A stretch of DNA of 60,709 nucleotides, filler included. It is 4 parts of 4 records of this genome, joined end to end, with 100 filler letters (N's around TTAATTAATTAA, not from the genome) between each part and the next. Parts side by side here need not be neighbours in the genome. Positions count along the whole stretch, not along the records: positions 43,349 to 60,709 come from SRR20825019_1784; 3 more parts are not named here. One strand, given 5' to 3'. Made by a program: the position numbers and the translations under genes. Shown piece after piece: positions 57,229-60,709 of the stretch. Under the pieces are notes generated by a model. It worked only from the letters and a program-made list of their open reading frames with translations. It ran no database searches and was not told the origin of the DNA. Position 1 is the stretch's first letter; each line of letters starts with the position of its first letter.

Positions 57229-59055
57229 ATGAATGTTTTGGCTGCTCCCTCGACTCACACAGGAAACCACTACTACGCGCACATGCCCTATGGTATGGCC
57301 TCGGCGCCGGCTTTCGTTGACACCAATCCAATGCCTATCGATGTGAAGCAACAACCAAAGCAAGACCCGGGGATGTATGCCTACGCCGATGGAAGCATGA
57401 GGGCCAATAACATGGGATATCGTTCTGCCCACCCTGAGTGTAAGTAACCATGAACAAAGTGCCGTTGGAGTGTAGCTACTAATACAACTGTAGATGATGG
57501 ATCACGTAGAAAGAGAAGGCCTAGCAAGTCGTCTTCTGATGATCAATCTGAGCCAATGCTTGGCGCTGAGGAGGCTCAACAGCTGCTTTCGGAGTTGGAT
57601 GCCGTAAACAGCCGACTGCAAATGGCCCTTCATGGGGATGGAATGTACGGAAATGCGCCGGCCTCTCCTCGTCAAACTGATGTGAAGCTCTACCGTACTC
57701 GAGATGAACTGCTTAACAAGGCTGTGAAGAGGATTCCCGGCTTCGTTCCCCCAGCAGATTTCAACCCTCCTAAAAAGCTCATTCGCAAAATTTATGTTCC
57801 TGTTAGGGAACACCCCAACTACAACTTCATGGGCGCATTGCTAGGACCACGAGGAATGACCCAGAAGAAGTTAGAGCAAAGCACTGGTGCAAAGATTGCA
57901 ATTCGCGGGAAGGGATCGATGAAGGAAGGCAAAGGTCGTCGCGACGGCAAACCTGTTGAAGGCATGGATGACGAACTTCATGTAGTAATATCCGCTGAGA
58001 GTGAGGAGTCGCTTGATGCGGCTGTCGCGGAGATCGAAAGGCTTCTTGTTCCTATTCCAGATGAGGAAAACCACCACAAGCGCCTGCAATTGGCCGAGCT
58101 TGCCCGACTTAACGGAACGTACCGGGACTTCGGCGCATGCGGAACATGTGGTGAAAAGGGTCATTCAACTTTCAAATGTCCCAAAGTCCCTCCTCAGGTG
58201 GCTGCGATGGCCGCAAGTGGTGCTGAGCACGCTGTTCATACTCTGACGAAGACTTCAAGTCATCACAGCCTGAATGATACTATGTCTTCGATTCATGGAG
58301 CTGAGAGTGATGGCAACTCAAGTGACGGTTCATCTCAGGAAGGACGACGTGCTCCCCAGCTCCGCTCTGGAGCATTCAAGTCGTCCACGGGTGGACTTCT
58401 TGAAACTCCGATGATCCCGGCTGCCTCAACATCTTCGAGTCACTCTAGTGGGCAGTCTAACGGTGCCATTGGTCCCAATGCGACTACTGCTCCCGTCACT
58501 ATGCCTGCAGAGGTTACCACGAGTTCACTTTTCCTAACTCCTGCTCGTCCTAAGGGCGAAAGAATGACTGGACTGGGAACCTACGAAAATCCGGAGACTC
58601 CGCAAGTTACAAAGACTAAGACCAATATCCCCGCTGAATCGCCTGGGGAAATACCAGCCGTCGTTGCGGGTGTTGTTGCCGCTGGTCTTACCAGCCCAGC
58701 TACCCCCGACATGGACAAGACTGAATGCCCTGCTGCCTTGGACTATGCGCAACTGTATGCTCCATTTGCGACGGGATACTCCGGATTCTACCCCCAACAA
58801 GCCCAGGCACAGAGCACCAACAGTTCTTGGTCTCAAGCAAGTCTCTTCCAGCAGAGTCAGCAGCACTTCTTCCAAGCGCAACAGCACGCTGTTGCTTCAT
58901 CGGCCTCGACTTCTTCAGCGGGGACTGCTACACTACCACAACAATCATATAACCCAGTGCAAACTAATCAACAGCATTTTGGATTCTCAGCCCAGCAATT
59001 TTCCTTCAGTAAGCAATGGGGCGAGCAAGACCTGGGCGGCCAGGTTGTCCTGTAG
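57229..59055 (+). CDS. SF1: Splicing factor 1/branchpoint-binding protein-like (KH-QUA2, CCHC knuckle)
   Basis: PPADF, HPNYNFMGALLGPRG.TQK, GAKIAIRGKGS, QLAELARLNGT and CGTCGEKGH...C; intron 57440-57493. Confidence 0.85.
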
Positions 59056-59156
59056 AAGGCACCCTTTGAGCTAATAACCCAGGCATATGTGTACTATTCG
59101 TAAATACAATAAAACTGACACAAAACTGACACAAATTATTCACTAATTGGGTTTAA

Positions 59157-60209
59157 CTACAACCGCGTCTCTGAGTTCATGACCACTGATGGCCCATGGT
59201 CCCCAAATGTTTCTTCTCCGAATGTCATTGTGCGACATTCCACAGGTGCATCTAACAAAGCGCTGATCTCTTTTCGCACATTTTTGTACTGCTTGCTGAT
59301 TCTATGCATGGCCAGAGCATCACTTCCCCAAAGAGAAAACACCTTGTACCTGCCCTTGCCTCCCCTCAACTGAATGTTGTGGCATCCCGCGACTGTACGC
59401 GCCCATATCATGTATGACTCCATAACGCTACTGAACTTTGATTCGTTGCCTTCTTTCACAATGTATTTTTCACACCCATAAACATATTCCGTTTCATTTT
59501 CTTCACCATGTTCGTTGACAAGAGCACTGGTTCCATCAAAGTCAGGTTGGGGCATATTGTTGTCTCCTTCTACTTCTTGTAGTGAGGCTTTCCTCCTCGC
59601 TGCACGCCTCCCTGCTCTTGTGGTGAGATTTACGTCGCTCTCAATGTTGCCAGCATTCTGAGTCCTGTAGTCCGTACCCCTGGTAAAGGAATCTTCAGGA
59701 GCCACACTCTCAGGAAATGTCCCTGGGTGACCTCGTGACAAATCTTCCATCTTATGGGTTGCTGTCTGGTATACCATTGACAAAGACTCAATCGCTTCAT
59801 GGGCACAGTTGAGAAGCACCCGGTCGCGGAATTGGTCGGTACTGCTGCTTCCCTCATATTCCTTAAAACTTTTAGTCAGGGCCTCATTAGTCTTGTCGCT
59901 GACGTCTTCAATAAGCTGGAAGACCGGGCCATAAGTATCAAAACGGCACATAAAAAATTCACAGAGTTCATCCACACTGACAGTACCATTACCAGCAGTG
60001 TCAATCTTTGAAAATACTTCAGTTAGCTCTTCATCAGAGAGTACCGATGACTGAAAATATGAGCAAAACTCTTCAGAGTCAAGGCTTCCGTCATCATTTT
60101 TGTCAGCACGTCGGAAAACATCTGAAAACAATCGAATTCCTGGCAGTCCGTCGACTACTCTGCGTGCAACATCATAAAATGTACGGCTATCGGTGGTGGA
60201 GTTGTCCAT
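59157..60209 (-). CDS. NECAB-like protein: N-terminal EF-hands plus C-terminal ABM domain
   Basis: FRRADKNDDGSLDSEEF, IDTAGNGTVSVDELCEFF, NECAB-homology helix (KEYEGSSSTDQFRDRVLL) and ABM-like GCHNI...YKVFSLW....H. Confidence 0.85.
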   Translation of the reverse strand: MDNSTTDSRTFYDVARRVVDGLPGIRLFSDVFRRADKNDDGSLDSEEFCSYFQSSVLSDEELTEVFSKIDTAGNGTVSVDELCEFFMCRFDTYGPVFQLIEDVSDKTNEALTKSFKEYEGSSSTDQFRDRVLLNCAHEAIESLSMVYQTATHKMEDLSRGHPGTFPESVAPEDSFTRGTDYRTQNAGNIESDVNLTTRAGRRAARRKASLQEVEGDNNMPQPDFDGTSALVNEHGEENETEYVYGCEKYIVKEGNESKFSSVMESYMIWARTVAGCHNIQLRGGKGRYKVFSLWGSDALAMHRISKQYKNVRKEISALLDAPVECRTMTFGEETFGDHGPSVVMNSETRL

Positions 60210-60709
60210 AAAAAGATTGAAAAGGAAGTGATAAGACACCAATTTTTCACTACTACGGTTGTGTATACTTGTGCTCAGTGACATGAAAGTCTTATGAGAG
60301 TGAAGGACCCACTGCAGCACTCTTTCTGGGGCCGGTACTGATCAAACGGAGACGAGACCAATAGACGCTCCCTACCACACAACGCGCTTGGTCGACTGGT
60401 CTGATTGATGTCGGCGTTCCGGGCACAGTCCGGTCCGCACCTTGGGGGGGCCGAACCGGTGGCCCAGCGCGGACCCGGGCGGGGGGTGCGGGGCGGCCCG
60501 TCAAAAGCTCCGACAGCGCTCACCACTGACTCGCAGGGATGCTAGCTACCGCCCCAACCCCGCTCAGCTCCTCACTTCGGCCCGAGCACCCACGGGCCGC
60601 AGACCAGTGAGGGGAGACCTTGGGTGTTTCTTTAAATAGGACTCTCATCAGTGAGTCACGTTTGTGGTAGTTTGGTTTGGAAGTGTCGAAAAGTAATCTT
60701 TGCAATTTT

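Noticed and set aside
59111-59132. 11-bp tandem AAAACTGACAC x2
   Set aside because: A simple slippage duplication in a 3' intergenic gap with no further structure

Overview
The window is not one locus. It is four unrelated contigs joined by artificial N44-TTAATTAATTAA-N44 spacers (10041-10140, 27513-27612, 43249-43348). (1) 1-10040: GC-rich alphaproteobacterial (Roseobacter-like) DNA with SPFH/GYF_2 protein, cytochrome b, Zn-ribbon membrane protein, nitroreductase, dtd, MOFRL glycerate kinase, CocE/NonD hydrolase and a peptide-type ABC transporter. (2) 10141-27512: a second alphaproteobacterial contig with GST, 1-Cys peroxiredoxin, CGTC-type REP dimers, a six-gene orphan pterin/flavin-like cluster (MDR dehydrogenase, PTPS-IV/QueD-like, GT4, methyltransferase, RibD reductase, creatininase-like), a UbiH-family hydroxylase, an XRE regulator and a purine catabolism locus (allA, allE, puuE-uraD, uraH, xdhAB). 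(3) 27613-43248 and (4) 43349-60709: compact eukaryotic DNA, probably protist, with short GT-AG introns. It encodes a LamG protein, a Zn2Cys6 transcription factor, sarcosine dehydrogenase, an LRR/Cys-rich multi-TM receptor, adenylate kinase, syntaxin-5, a TLC protein, a DEG/ENaC-like 2-TM protein, a Crinkler/FunK1-like kinase, a TQY MAPK, a divergent SF1 and a full NECAB homolog. The most notable signals are the orphan PTPS-IV cluster, the NECAB and ENaC-like genes in an apparently non-animal genome, and very GC-rich, motif-bearing islands found only at gene 5' ends. All assignments come from motif recognition by eye; no searches were run.
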